Origin: Raillietiella orientalis
Taxonomy: Eukaryota
DNA: 64,000 bases
Assembly: GCA_036172245.1 (NCBI GenBank)
Contig: JAYWIR010000016.1
Coordinates: forward strand, 496,001 to 560,000
Reading direction: 5' to 3'
Positions 24,751 to 39,116 of the stretch are shown piece by piece; positions within the stretch are counted from its first letter, which is position 1, and the number at the start of each line of letters is the position of its first letter. The notes under the pieces were generated by a model. It worked only from the letters and a program-made list of their open reading frames with translations. It was not told the origin of the DNA and did no database searches. The translations under genes and the position numbers were made by a program.

Positions 24751-27700
24751 GGGGTATCCGAAATACTAGGAGAAATAGGTAATGACGGACGATGGAACTT
24801 GAGGGCCAGGTTTAGGTCAAATGCTCCTCATCTTTCCTATTCCTGATGCATTGGTTTTTTTTCGTGTTGTGTCCTTGTTTATCCCATCTTCATCCTTTCA
24901 AAGGTTTCCCTCCTGAACCGCTCAGAGAGTTCCCGAACTCTCACAGATGGCCTCGCTTTCTCGAGGGTGAGCAAAGAGACGAGAAGTAACGAGGCAATGA
25001 CGGGTTGGCGCTTCTAGAGGATTCCTGTGGTTTGATGGCGGTACGAACGGAAAAATTTTGAGGATGAACTTTTTTCCCAATTAAATCTTGCTGTCATCAG
25101 GAATCACTGTTTGTTTGTTTTTTTGACTTTTTTCTACCCCCGGGTGTTTCGATAGGGAGACACCGCCTTGTATCCAGCTAAAGGCACTGTGCACTCCGGT
25201 GGGTGTGACGTCAAGTGTGGTACTCCGAGGCTGCATGACAGGATTTGGCCGCAGCAGAGTTCGCTGCGAGAACTCGGCAGCCTCCTCGGCGAATCATCTG
25301 AACAGCGATTGCCCCCTATTTTGCACGAGCACTCCTTGGATCTTCTTTCCTGGAGGTCACGAAACTCATCGGACGCCCGTCCGTGTTCCACGAGACCGGC
25401 TGTGAAACGAACACTCATTGGACTGTATCTTGTAGAAGATCAGCGGCGGCTCGCCAGATTTCTGCACGCTCGCGGACCTGTGCTCCACAGAGATGCGAGG
25501 AAAGAACTGACAAGATGATTAATAAAATCGTTTCCAAGTGACAGCTCTTTGGGCAATCACTGCGACTTCGCTGTCATCAAGCAAACCTGCGTGCAGCACC
25601 TTTCGTCTTCAAGGTTAATAAATGATAGTGACTCTCTTCTCCTCCAGCGAGGAGGCGGGAGTTTAATTTTGGATCGGATGCTTCCCATCCATGAACACAG
25701 GCAGCAACGGTGTTATCAAGGAAGGACCAACTACCTAGGAAGAGAGGGCGTTGCGACAAAAAGCGAAATCGCTAAAAAGAGAGAGTGCGCGTGTGGCCTA
25801 ACTGAAGGGAAACGACGAAGGGAAGCTGGAAGGGGTATCACTGAGGGCAAGCCGTGGAAAATTGTTCTCTAGGCAAAAGACGGCGGTAAAAGAAAAAAAA
25901 AAGTCGACACCTTACCGCCTTTCTTTTCGAAGACGTCCGTTTGCATCAAACACAAAAGCCGGTGCAAGTGGATAGCATCTTAATCGATCATGGAGGTCTC
26001 AGCTTAAGACTCCATGCCGAAGTGGACTTAACGACGGTTTGCAATGAATGGTTTTGCCTTTCAGGAAAAATCCATTTTTAATGGCAAAACAAACAGAAGT
26101 AGGAATGGGGACCTTCGAGTTAGCGGGGTATAAAAGTTGAAATGGCTCGTTCCTTCCTTTGGTGACGAAAGTGTGTTACTTTGAAGAGGAATTTGTCAAC
26201 GCGCGCAATTTGTAGGGGTGTGCTTCAAAGGAACGGAAAGATTGAGCCACGCATCCAGTGAGGGATTTTCGTGGATCGCGATGGAAATGAGCTCGTTGTC
26301 GATTGCCGATGCAAACCACGGGAACTCGAAACGTTAGCATAAGAGGAAAACCATCCGAGGAAGCTTTTTTCCTGGGGAAGTGGCCGTGCGATGCGAGCGC
26401 TCGAGGGGCCGAACGAACGAGCGGCAAATTTCAGCGATGACGCGAGCCGTGCAGCGCTGTGGGCGAGAATGCGCCAGAGGCATCAGTTCGTGCCATCTCC
26501 GGAGAGAGCAAACTCGAGACCTGCCAGGCAACCAGGAGCCGGCACTCTCCATGAAAATCAGAACTAGGTCACCGAGGATGCGCTCGCGTGCTCACCATCT
26601 TCGGAAGCGTCCCGTCTGCGGCCGAGGGGGCACTTCCGGGACACCGCCGATCCGCACCGAACGATTATAATGCGAGGTGGCACGTTGGCGCAAGTTGCGA
26701 CCGATATTCACGAGAGAGCCATTGCGGGACACTTGAAAGACGTGCTCGCGGTGCACGGCCGTCCAGAAATGCACGAAGCAGGGTGGAACCGTTCATGGAG
26801 TCCGGCTGTGAAGAGTTGGAGCTGTCGTACCATGGAGCCGGTGGACATCCCCCTCGGGGCTCGCTTCTCCGGAGCGCGCGTCAACTCAGCGGAGAGGCAG
26901 TTGAACACAACGCTCTCCCATAAAGTCGCCATCCGTTCTCGCTGTATTTAAAGGAAGGCGAAAGAATTTCCATGCCATCGTAGGTGGCTTCAGATGAGTC
27001 AGAAGCCACCTCTTTTTCCTCGTCGGTCTTCTCTCCCTGTCCCTTAGGGAGCGGCGGTCAAACCAAAAGGTTCGAACGTGCTGTCCGGTGCGAGTCGAGG
27101 GAGACAGACCCGAAAGGATAAGGTGGCAGCTTCCTTCCTTGTTTCCTCAAATCTGAAGCGTGCCGCGCTACGCTTGTGGTCGCGGATGAGCGCCTCTCTG
27201 GAACACTCTGCTCATCGGTTTGTGTGCACCAAACGTGTCGACACCAGTCTGATTCTTGCTGACGGATTACGGTCATTTCGATTCCGCCCCAAGCTCAGGG
27301 CTGCTCAAAATACTCAAGACCGCGCAGTTCCACTGGCAAAGGGTGATGCTGCAGACCTCGGATGTCATCTCCGCCGATTGCGTTTGCTCTTCCGGTTAGT
27401 GAAGGATGCGGTGCTCGCGTTCCGGGCTGATTCCCCCTAACGCAGCCGAGTTCCCGAGTGATGCGGGGCTTTCTTATTGGCTTCCCGCGAGTCAGCTCCT
27501 ATTTCTCCGTCCTCACCAAATCACGGAATGCTGGTGGGGGGAAGAGGAGTTACTCCAGAAGCAGTCTGTTTACAAACGGGAGTTCTGTTTATTAGCATTA
27601 TGGGCTCGGCAGATCTCTCTCACGGTGCTGATAGTGATTACGTCCGGAGGACTCGGAAAGCACTTAGGAAAGTTCCACCACTGAGGTGTGGATTTTTAGG

Positions 27701-28649
27701 GTCCTCGTCCAAACAGGGTGTGCGCCATGATGAAGCCCTTTGCTTCTTCGGATGCCTCTGCGTGCCATTCATATTTATTTCAGTGGTGATATTAGGGTTT
27801 CACTGCCTTACTAGCGTTTAAGTTAAATGACTTCGCCTGAGCTTTTGAGGAAGACGTAGAAACCACATTCGGAAGTCTATTTGGAAACGTAGAAAGTTTT
27901 GGAAACACGTTCTGTGCCTTGACTGAGAGCATACATACCAATGACTGGACTGCAAAGGAACGGGGATTTGGGCACCAAGTGCTGGAGACAGCGATCTTCA
28001 GGGAAAAAAACAGGAATGTCCTGAGATGTGTATGGCATTAGCGCACCATGCAATGAAGTAAACGGTTTCTGAATGATGAAGAGTTTATGACGGTCAGCTG
28101 GCAAGCGAATGCCATACCACTGAAATGCCCATCTTGGAAGAATTGCCCTTTACAATTGAGAGGATAGGATGCATAGAATAATAAAATGACGGAAGCTAAC
28201 GCGGTCAAGAAATCAAAGACTCATTTTGGGTTCAGAGGTAGCATTCAGATGATGGTGTGAGGCACAACGATGCAGACGAGTGAGGCTGCATCTGTTGAAT
28301 GATGCGGCGAAAGCACAGAATCGCATCTTCAGCTGCTATCTTGGGATGCAAACAGCGCACTGAGGCATTCAAGGTAAAGGAGCAGCTTTGCAGGTGATTG
28401 GTACAGCAAATAGTACACCCGAACGGTTAGAAAATGTTCGCGGAGTTTCTTTCCCTGTTAAGTGGAGATCTGATTTCAATTCTCCCTGGGAGTATGGGAG
28501 TTCTTTTTTAAAAAAATGCGATGAATGTTATGATTCACCATTCTGCGGTTTTGTCCTTTTGGGGTTCAAAAGATGAGATTTCGGCTGTTCACAATGGAGA
28601 CCCACTCTCAGCCCCTTTGCTCCTTCACCAGCAGAACTTCGGCGCTTTC

Positions 28650-29800
28650 AGTCCTACGTTTTGCGTCCCCCGTGCAAAGTGGGGTCTTGACCAAAGCGGC
28701 GGTCGTTTGCCTGTTCCTGGAGTAATCATTCATACCCGCAGGATGATTGCACTGTTTCGGTGCTCGGCCGGTTCACCAGAGTGCTGCTCGCATCTTCAGC
28801 TCATCCGAAACAGTCCTCGAGGCATCCCAAGGTGCCACCACAGACGGAATTGCCTGCTTCAGGGGTTCCTCACCGATACTCGCTCTTGTTTCCTTCTTTG
28901 GCTCCTTCCGATGGAGGATCTGGGATTCCATCTCAGGCCGCAGGAATGTAGGTGAAGGTTCTGATGCGTAAGATGGAAAAATCCCTCACACCCTCCCCCC
29001 CCAAAAAAGGAAAAAGAAAACTCCTGAAATGGACGCACGTTTTAGTTACACAGCATTTCAGCTCGTCCAGAGGAATCCCTGACCTATTTACGTTTATCAG
29101 GATGCGAGTCGTAGTGGCTCCAGGTGCTGTTTTGAATGGGGCGAATTTTTCGAATGCTGTGGAAATGGAAAATCCATCCTTCCTCAGTTATTCTCAACAT
29201 TCGAATTTTATGAATTGATTCGTCTTTTCGGAATGTGGGATTCCTTGGAACGGTTCGAACAACTGTAAGCAGCTGTGCTCTTCTTCATAAACTCGAATTT
29301 TCCGAGCTTGCCTCATCTTCGGTTTCGGAATCTATACAAAAGGATTACGCAAGCTTCCTCGTCCTTCTGACAACGGATCATGATCATTTTTCATACTATA
29401 TCTGTGAAGCGTATGCAGTGATAGCAAATCAGAAAGATTGAATGGAGGCAGCTCGAGAACTTCGGAAATTAATCAATAGATGCTCAACTTTTTTTCAGAT
29501 AGGGAGTGAATGGATTCATTGCCCGGGAAGATTAAAGACAGAGAAGCTTAAGTTCTCACTCGCTTTTTGAGATTAAGTTTCCCAATCATGGAAATTCGTG
29601 GTATCTTTGTCATGGAAAAACACAAGATAATGCCGGCATCTTATATCACCTTCTTCGAAGACGGAATATTGAATTCCTGGATAATGCGATGCAGGACTCT
29701 TGGAGGAAAGCAATCTCATAGTGGAACGGCTTGATGTTTCCCATGTAAGAGAGTGAGGAATGAAGAGGAGAAGCAAACTTTCCCAGCATTTGGCGGCAAC
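28650..29800 (-). mobile_element. NeSL/Utopia-like RT remnant
   Basis: SPASHYPGIQYSVFEEGD..FHDWET (RT0-like), CGLRWNPRS, WHLGMP, RAPKQ..ILRV. Confidence 0.5.
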
Positions 29801-30679
29801 GAGAGTTGTTTCTTCAGGGACCCATCACTTGGTGCTCGCATCCCTTCCTCTGTGCGAATCCTTGAGTTTCTTCTGCCTTCTGCCTTCTGGAGTCATCGTG
29901 CGGACCTACGCGACCGACGCAGCTTTCGAGATTTTTCTCTTGGAGGCAGATCGGAAAAGCATCACCGTGCTACGGAAGCAAACACTGATGCGCCTTCTTT
30001 CTAGTGGACGAAGCATCTGAGACCCGCCATTCGTGTGATTCCCTGGAAACGTCGCGGATACGTCGCCCCTCCCAAAAAAAATAAAAAGAAAAGAAAAAAA
30101 ATGTTGGCTCGCAAGACGTCATCACGCTGTTTTCACGATCCACCGGCTGCCCTTTTGGTGTTACGTCGCTCCCAACTGCATTTGCTTCCGTTGATCAGCT
30201 AACCGCAGGCGCACAGTTCGCGAAGATGGTCTAACGGAAGGCACCGGCTCCATGGAGTTCGCAAGCGGTCCGGAGAAGCTGGGATCAGCGGCGAGGAGAT
30301 GGCGAACCACGGAGGCGAACGCTCATCTTTTGCCGAAATCCGACGGAAAAACACGCAAGATCACCTGGGTGTTTCAGGTATCACTCGAAGAAACGAGATA
30401 GCAAAGAGTCCGGGCAGCCCGTGCCTCAGGGCCGGTGAAAGCCCTCCCTGCTAACTCAGACTGGAAACAGACGGAGCGCCGTTCCCTTGAGAAGTTGGCA
30501 CTCAAATCAGATTCGCTTTTCTTTCTGATTGATTACTTAGGCAACTTTAGTTTGTCTTCTCCTCTGTACCCTCATGTGCCTAATTATCCATTAAATTCCC
30601 TGAAGAAATTTTAATCTGTCTGGGAAAAGGGAAACGTTCTTCAACTCAAGGGCGAAGAGCTGCTGGAAAACTAATCTAC

Positions 30680-31930
30680 GCCCTCAATCATGGGGCAATC
30701 TCCGAGGGGGTTCATTTCGAGCCGCCCTAATTTCGGAGGAAAAGAATTGGACCGCCTCAAGTGATCGTTGTTTTTCTGGTTTGATATCTGATCTCTGTGC
30801 AAACAGCCAGCACTTCCTCCGAACACCGGTCCGGGATGGATGCAAAACAACCGCGGAGCGTTCGGCAGGAGCACGCGGAAGCTGCAGGAACCACCAACGC
30901 GCCACTCCCGAAGAGCTCTTTACCAGTGGGCGCAACCGCCCCTTCCATGTTCCTCGCAGCTGATCTCCATCGAGTGGGGAGGCGCTGCATTCGGAGCCAT
31001 GTAAGGTATCCAAGCTTTCCCTCTGAGGTCCACGCTTCTGTGCACCGTGACTGGCAGGTAACTGCACTGCACGCCGATCACTTTCCCTTTCTTTATGTGC
31101 GTGAAATCGGAAGGGATGCTGGAGGGTGCACGAGAATGCCCGCGGGAAAGGATTCTTTCGATCGAAAATGCAAGCCGACCGAGATCGCCGGATCTTCCCT
31201 TCGATCTTGGCATCTCACGAGCTTGCCTCTTCAGCGACGTCGCCAGATGCACTGCGTCAGCGATCTTCCCGGAAAGGGGTGCGGATCAGGGCTGGTGCCG
31301 GTCGGGAGAGCGCGTGAGATCGGGACGCCTTCCTCGAACGGAAGCTGCCGAGTGAAGGAGTGTGGGCTTCCACAGACCACCGAGAGTCTGTCCGATGAGG
31401 ACAACTTCGTGGTCGAAGAACGAGGTTGCTCTCTCACCTGAAAATCCCGGATTTCGAGGCACATCCATTCGATTCTTCATCGAAAGACCTGAAAAAAAGG
31501 CAACAGCGCTTGTTCTCAACAGGGCGACCAAATTCCGATGATCTTCCCGGAAGCGAGAGTTCGTAGTTCCCGAGCCCAGGCATGGTTTGTGCGGCCGGAT
31601 CCTTGCCGCGGTCACCCAACCTCTTGGGAGGCGGAAAGAACAGTGCAAAAACAGGCTTCACGGCAATCCTTCCCGACTTCAAGGACAGTTCCGACGCTTT
31701 TGAAGGGGACCACCACCCTTCCGCGGATATTCCCGAAAGATTTTCGGGACTGTCGAGCGCATATTCCTCCCCCGTGATCACATGCACTCCTCCTCCTCCT
31801 CTCCTGCTTTCCGAGGCATGCTGGTTTATTTTATTGCCCACTTCAACGCGATCCTGATTTTGGAAAGCGAGGTCCTGGGCTACTGAGGATAGCAGGAGGA
31901 GGGTTCCAAACAAAACCGATCGTGCGATCA
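30680..31930 (-). mobile_element. Compressed R2-like RT-thumb-knuckle remnant
   Basis: LSSVAQDLA..DRV, GISAEGWWSP, IAVKPVF, FRED..LVAL, GLSMKN, PRSKGRSG, WLRMQRLPTRWRSAAR. Confidence 0.55.
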
Positions 31931-32949
31931 GCGTTTTTCTCCAGGATTTATTTCGACTAGAATGCGAGCGGAGATCAGAGTGATGAGGGGCTCGGACAAA
32001 GGCAACCCACTGTCACGTTCCGTTTTATTATCAGTAGATTAGTCACCTAGATACCTGAGTGTGTTATCTCGAGGGAAAATCTATGGCCAGTCTCTCGAGG
32101 AAATATGGAAGGGTTCCAGGGAATTAAGGAGAGCAGGCAATTTAACAAGTGTTTCATTTTAAAATGCCTGCGCGTCGCAATCGTTCCTGGCATTCCTTAA
32201 TCCCGAACAGCACCGTTGACCCTTCATCTCCGAACGTGTACATCTTGCGCGCATCGCTGTACCGCGTGTCTCCCTATACGCACGCATTACGCGCTTCCGA
32301 CGGCCGAGCAATCGCTTTCCGTGTGAGCGCATTGCGTTCACTGCGTGTGCCGCGAGAGCGTCGACAAAGTCAATTCACTTTTATTTTCCTCGTGACCATA
32401 GACTGCCAGTGGCGCCATTACAACCGCAAGCCTGCAGGAACCTCGTGAACCTTGCAGGCTCTTTAAGGTTTGAGTACGAAAATCATGCGGCGATGTTGCA
32501 ACACCACGTCGAGGAGAGAAATCACCGGTTGCCCCCGGCGATTCGTGAGGGGGATCCATTCTGCCGCACTCCCCCCCACCCCCTACCAGATTTTCTTTTT
32601 TTTTTCCTTTTTTTTTTTTTACAGACTCAGCGGATCCCGTGTTAACGCATGCACCTTTGCGGTGCTTTACCTTTCTTCCACTGGGCACCCGTTTCCCTCT
32701 GGACCTCCCCCGTCGGCGATCCGGCGGCCACAAGGGAACCGATCGCCGATTCCGACTACCTGCGGCTTGCCCTTCACGAAACGCACACACATCGCGCAAA
32801 TAGGGGGCACCTCTCGAGGAGGAGGAGTAGGGAGAGTAAGGGATCGGCTCCCTGGCCTCCCACCATCCCCTCTGCGCGGTTTGCTCCCGGCATCTGTGCT
32901 TTTTTTGATTCCTGCCGTGGTGATGGCTCTCCATGCGAATCGATGTGCC

Positions 32950-33200
32950 GCCGTAGCACAAAGGCTTCCGATCCCGAAACTTGATTTTTCGGCCGTTGGT
33001 CTTCTAGACGCCTTCTATCCTTTACTTCCGTCTCAACTTTTCTGAAGCTTCGGAAAAGGATGCTGGAGATCCTTCTCCACGTGACTCGCTTAACGATGCG
33101 TGCTCCAAGCTGCTTTGCAAATTCCACGTAAGGCATTTCTAAGAGGACATCGAAACCGGATGGATGTTTTCCTTGATTCATCTGATTAGAGCATTCCCTG
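32950..33200 (-). mobile_element. R2-like knuckle/RLE remnant
   Basis: DVLL..C, GARIVKR..RISSIL (cf. HGARI.RH..I). Confidence 0.4.
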
Positions 33201-33506
33201 GAAGGAAATTTCGTTTCCCTGGAAGGAAACTGCTTCCTTCTGAATGGGGACGGTAAGAACGGAGCTTCGTGTAACGAGTACTAAGATCGTTAGGATGAAT
33301 CCACCATCCTACCTCCAGCAGCTGCGCATTGCATGCTCAGTGCAATCCGGTAATAAAACTGAATTGACCACTGATCTCGCTGCGCCAGGAATGCAGACCA
33401 GCCACGGGGAGCGACCGCGCAGCGCTCGAAGCAAAGGGGGAGAGGTTCGTTGCCAAGGCTACCGACAGGATCGTTCCATGGGCAAGAAGCAAGGCAGGAA
33501 AAAAAA

Positions 33507-33525
33507 AGAGAGAGAGAGAGAGAGA
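33507..33525 (+). repeat. (AG)n microsatellite between A-runs
   Basis: Seen directly. Confidence 0.9.
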
Positions 33526-35649
33526 AAAAAAAGAATTGACCTCTGAAGCAGCTGTCCAGATAAACTCACGGCCTCTGCTTTACTTGTCCGAAATGACAGT
33601 GTTTATTTGTGCTCGGAGTGGCGTCTTCTTTCCTCCTCTTGTTTAGCAGAAAGACAATGCTTCTCTGAAGAGTTCCAAACAGCCCTCGTCACGCTATTCA
33701 TCCGCGGCAGAAATGCATCTTCTTTGTCTTTATCGTTGATTTCGCTGATAATAGCGAAATTTATGGGTTTGTTTATTAAGAGAAGAGTGAGCTGTCCGGT
33801 CCAAAGCAGGTGCAGATAGGATCTCGGTTTCTTGAAGACTAACAAGTGAGTTTATTCTCGTCAGATTCGCCTGCCGTGCTTCTCATTTCGATTTATTGCC
33901 GAGCAGCTCCTCGTGGGCATTAGGATGCGTCGCCTCGGGCAAGAAAAATGCATCTCGGGGTGGTCACGTCGGGCTCAGCCACCCAAAGATTCGAGGAGAT
34001 CTCGCTGAAGTGGGACGCTACCTGGCGCTCTCGGATGCCACTCCGGGACAGGAGGGAATCGTGGGATTCTTTCGCGTCGGTCGCGCGCCGGTGCTGGCGC
34101 GGGTGCGCAAGCAAGCTACTCGATGCACCATGGAGTCCAGTCAGCTTGGTTCCGGCGGTGGTGGAAACCATGGCAGCAATCCGTATCGACCACGGCATCC
34201 CAGAACTACGCTGCTCTCTGCATTCCTTGCTTTGCCGCTGGTGCGCCCCAGGATGCATCCTCCCACGCAATCCTCTACCCGCACGATCGTGAGGCTGGAA
34301 TCTGACGCCGCCTCCGAAACGCGTGCTTTCCCATGGCTAGCCAACGTCCGAAGACTTTTCCCGGAAGAGTGCCGCTGCCGCACTCATCTTCTCCACACCT
34401 GTGATCCCAAATCATCCCCCAGACAGCAGTGTCGCATTCCTCGCTTTTTCCTTGGGGTTTCCGTCTTCCGCTCAAAGAGGAAGGATATTGCCAAGAGGCT
34501 ATCCAGAGGGATCGATTTTTCGACTAATCTTCCTCTTCCTCCTTGTTCCTTGTCTTTTGCTAATGGCATTCTGACTGCACCCTTCTCAGGAATTTCAACG
34601 AGCACTTGCACTTGATTCCTCATCCCGACATGCTTGTGCGGAGAAGTCGAAATGTTTCCTTCCAGAAACCTGAAGATCTCAAGAGTTTTTCCAAGGGAAT
34701 GATCCCCCTCCTCCCATCCCCCAGCTGGACGATCTCAAGCAAGAAAACGGTCTGTCTCTCCCAGGAGCGGAATCCTCAAACTCTGCAACGCTTTTGGGCA
34801 TACTGAAAGGTTTCAGATTCATGATGCAGCTGTCGGAGATGGCGCATATCAAGGTCGAATCGGATCTTCTGATGTATCTCTCTTTTCCACGAGAAAGGTT
34901 CCCTCCGAATTTTAGGAATTCTTCAATCCCCGATCCATCTTTCCCAGGCAGCATCGACACGCAGCCGTCAGATCTCATCTCTGCCTTGCATCCAAGGCCA
35001 TCCCTCTCAGCCGTTTGTCTGATAAAGAGGGAATCCTTCACACCGGATGATGTTGTTCTCTTCCGGATCCTTCGAGCAACCAACGGCGCGACAGCACCTC
35101 CGCGAAGCTTTCCGGGATCAGCCGCTGCTCGCGTGTTCCATGCGGACACTGCCATCGGACATCTCGAGCTGTTTTTCTACGACAACGGCAACGCTTCCCA
35201 GTTGGCACTCTCAACATTTGTGACTTCTCGTAGCAAAAAAAAAAAAAAATAGGCCGGGAAGCTCCGAATTTCAATTCATCGGAATGTCACTGATGAGAAA
35301 TTGCTTATGAGTTCGTGGCAGTATTGCGCTCAAGAGATCCTTTGGATTAGGAGAATTTGGAGAGCCTCATCACGAGGTGGATCCAGAGAGTGAGAGGTTG
35401 GGAAAATCCACCTCACAGATTCACTTTTGTGATTCACTTTTCCTCAGGCAGGATTGCGATGAAGACATGATCATCGCAGAGCCACGCTGCGTGCGAGGGG
35501 TCTCTCGTGGCAACCTCGGATCGCCAGACCCGAGACCCCCCACCTATCTTTCTCGGAATCCAGTCCTTTCACAGGAACAGCGGGTCGAGGATTGCCAGTT
35601 GGTATCGTCTACTTTTTTTTCTTTTTCCTGTTGTACGTCGCTAAAGCCC

Positions 35650-36000
35650 TTCTTCGGTCTCGTGGCAGCACTGCCTGGTTCTCAGCAAAGATACTGCTCG
35701 GAGTCTTCACATTCGTAAGAGTCGAACGTCTCCCAGAATGTTCAAACCGGTTTCTTTGATTGCCGATGGTGAAACACCCCAATGATCGGCAGGTTCTTTT
35801 CTCATTCGAAGTTCGTTCTCTATACGGAACAAATTCCCAGGGGGATTCCCCACTACCTGGCCATCCGGTCGGAAGAGAGAAGCTGCATCCACGCTCAAAA
35901 CGGGCACTGTTCATCACGAACTGTGTCCCAGGCAGTGCACCCAATGCGTGTCCCCGGCTGTCTGTACGTTGGCTCACATCACCCCCTAATTTAGAGATTT
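35650..36000 (-). mobile_element. R2-like thumb/CCHC remnant
   Basis: TDSRGH, VVGNPPGNLF/VPYRERTS, TCRSLGC, KETGLNILG. Confidence 0.5.
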
Positions 36001-36329
36001 CTCTCTGGGGTTCAAAAATTCTATTGTGATTTCTGATCTTCAAGGGCTTCCTCCTGGAACTCCAACTTCCCTGAGCCCCTCTTCTTTTTTCTAGGGACCA
36101 AGATCTTCGAGATGCTACCGTCGAAGCACGTAGCACCCCTTTCGAGAGGGGAGGAGAAACAATTCCCTGCTCATTTCTTCCAGAGCTGTCTCTGCGTTCT
36201 CACCAGAGCGGACCACATCGGGTATGATGACTCCACTTTCCTTCTGGGGCACCAGGGCTGGCCAGAGTCTTGAGTCGACAAGTAGTGCACGTTACCATAG
36301 CAGCGCTTCACTACTGGGTAAGGTGCTGC

Positions 36330-37050
36330 ACCATTAACGCATGCGCCGAGGAACGCACAGGTTCCAACTTCGTTTGATCAACGATCCTGTGCTCCTTGAA
36401 GACTTCATGAAACTGGAATGATCATTTGTAGGGATCGCCAGCCAGACTAATGGGAAGATGTCTGGCAGCTTAAGGATTGTGTGCGATGTTAACCACGCAA
36501 GGAAGACACCCTGCACTCACTCGGCTGGACGGACCGGTGAGTGTTCTGAATGGCATCCTTTTTAGAAGCCGTCCCCGGAATTCTTAACCGAGTCCAAATT
36601 CCTAGTGATGAATGCGAAGGGAGAAAGATGTCCCATGTGCCTAAAACTCTGTTCCCTTCATTTAGTGGAACTCGGTTCTGGTTTTTGAAACTGCACCTGA
36701 ACATCCGGGGATAGAATTTTAATTCCCTCCACAATTTCTAGATAATGGCAAGGGAGTCCGTTTTCGGATTCATAGTGAGGACCAGCAGCAGGTTCTACGA
36801 TTGCAGATCAGCGAGCGGGATAAGCTTCAACTAGCACCGCGACGGACGCTGAGAAGGAAGCCATTTTTTTAATGATGATGATCCAGAAATGTTAATGGAT
36901 TTCAAGATGACACTACTCGCCCACGATCTGCACTCTGATGGCGTTCCCTCGCCGAAGGGAGGACTCTTCGCGGTCTTCATCTCACTAGAATGCCACGTCC
37001 GTTCGCAAATTACGGATCTCTTCGAGATCACATTGGAGCATCGGTTTGTT
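36330..37050 (-). mobile_element. NeSL-like RT remnant
   Basis: PSECRSWASSVILKS...KKWLP, DIFLPSHSS..TRLRIP, VQGVFLA, LA..TND. Confidence 0.55.
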
Positions 37051-38099
37051 CTTCCGTGAATACCTGGTGAAGGCTGCAGATTTGTCCCACACTGTATCTG
37101 CTGGTGGACACTCCCTGTGCGAAGAGGTGGGACAAGTTTTCGTGGCAATCGTGAGCAGCACTCTTCGAAATGCTCAAATATGTGTTGTGGCTATCATGCA
37201 ATCATTACTTCTCATAGAGAATGAGCTTGTGATCGTGTTGCAGTGATCCTGCATCATCCAGAATCGGCTTTCCAGATTCACGCTAATGGGAACAGAAATG
37301 ATAGAAGAAATGCAGAAAGCGCTTCCCTTGGCGAAATACGAAGCTGATCCCTTGTAGTGAGATCGTCGGTGCCTTCCTCGTTCGCTCACCATCGTGCGGA
37401 GTCGGGTTCGTTCCCATGTCGGGATTCGAGGATGAGCCAATCGAGCTCTGGGAATCTGGGACACTTTTCGCTTCGACTGTACCAGTTGTACTCCTTTTGG
37501 GTCTTCATATATGGGCGGTCCACTTGTATGCTTTGCTTTTTTTTGCACTGGATTTCACAGGTTGAGCTTGAAGAGCAGCTTTTCGCTCTTCGCCCAGCTC
37601 GAGTTGGCCTGAAGATGGATATAGACCGAATGAAGACCACGGAGGATGAGTTTCGAGTGATGAGGCATATGAGACAGACGAATTCATGCCTATTCGAAAA
37701 TGCGTACACGTTTGGTATGTGTACAGGGAACGAGCGAAAATTTTTCGCTCGACATGGTGGCATCTGCACGCTGGCCACTCCCGTCTGCTGGGGTTTCAAA
37801 GAAGGAAGAATACGAAGAATCTTTCACTCGAACTTATGGTCGTAGAAATCTTTTACCTTTAGCATAGCTTTGCCGTAACTGAATGGCAACATCTCGCATT
37901 CAAGAATCCAAAATCAAATCATCGAAACGGATGGCAAAAAAGCAGATGATCTCAGCATCCGAGAATCCCTGAATCTCTGGCAACCTTGAATTTAAGCACT
38001 GTGCGATGTTCTGTCCATCAAAGGGCTTTCATTTTTTACTAACTGCAGGATAGCGGCGGATGTGCGGAAGAACTCCGCGGATGATTGAAACTAGTGACA

Positions 38100-38450
38100 G
38101 GCGCATAGACGAGAACCCTGCCCTCAGCTGTCGGTAGGAACGAGATTTCCTAGGAAAATCCAGGGGAACCTTCAAACCAGTTGCACCCCCGAGAACCGCG
38201 ACTTTCAACAACTCCAGAGGTCGGCTTGTCTGTCATGAATTGCCGACCGTCAAGCCTCATCCGGCTCAATGCAGTGCCTGCGATGATGACTTGCATGGCT
38301 TTCCCCGATCTCGGATGGGCATTTTCAGCGAGAAGCCGCGATGCGGCCTATCGGATGACGACAGCGACGTTCGGGAAGGTCAGGAAAGTGAAGGGTTCGA
38401 ACCAGAGAGATGTGTAAATAACAGACACACATCGACGAGATCCATCAGCA
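38100..38450 (-). mobile_element. Possible RLE remnant
   Basis: WFEP...PNVAV, AMQVIIAGTALSR, GSRG. Confidence 0.35.
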
Positions 38451-39097
38451 GCAGTCGAACTACGACCCGAATCTTCCCGAGCCCCAAAGTTGTCTGAAGT
38501 GCATTCGCCGGTGATCTCTGTGGAAGCATCCATCTTTAGCTACACGTCCTTCTGATGCGAACTGCATTAAAGTTGGGACTCCAGTGAAATTCCGGAAGCC
38601 ATTCCGCTGCCCTGCACGATCTAGGGAGTTGATTGCAGTAGTATCTACTATTTAAGGAACTGGGTAAGTCTTACAGGGCATAGAGTGACGCCTCCAGAAT
38701 GGGCGCGAGTCTTCCTCATCGTGCAGTGCTGGATGCCAACCGCCCGAAAGAGGAGTCCTTGTAAATTTCAAGCAACAAATGCTGCTCTTTTATTGTAGCT
38801 TCCGAAGCGCTCAGGAAGCTGGAGATTCCAGGGCTCGTAGCAACTGCCTAAGTGTGCATGCGGCAATAAAGGACAAGATTTACGAAATGAAGTCGGGATA
38901 CTGTGCAGGAAGTTCCGGAAAGGACTACAGGGAAGTAGTGAACAGCAAAAGCGCATCCCAGACGAACGGGAAAAGAATAAATAAGGAGATGAATTTTTGC
39001 TTTGCCTCCTTTTCTTCCTTCTTGGCTTCCATTCACTGCCGAAATTCAGAACTGTCACGAATTCTTCGCAAGGAATTTCTTTCCCTGCGTGCCGAAT

Positions 39098-39116
39098 ACA
39101 CACACACACACACACA
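39098..39116 (+). repeat. (AC)n microsatellite; a second one lies at ~39396-39412
   Basis: Seen directly. Confidence 0.9.

Noticed and set aside
26983..27010. Hairpin ggtggcttc-10nt-gaagccacc as a terminator
   Set aside because: Single occurrence in a eukaryotic context with no associated gene.
28111..28207. Resemblance to 5S rRNA (gccataccac..tgaa..gccc; cggaagctaa)
   Set aside because: Two short patches with wrong spacing and no box C or 3' half; probably chance.
33895..33960. HDV-like ribozyme loop motif (tcctcgt); also checked ~49015 and ~54893
   Set aside because: P3/P1 pairing could not be built by eye; an RNArobo or Infernal search would be needed.
36300..37900. Endogenous viral element in an AT-richer stretch
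   Set aside because: No viral motifs recognised; the minus strand instead shows non-LTR RT motifs.
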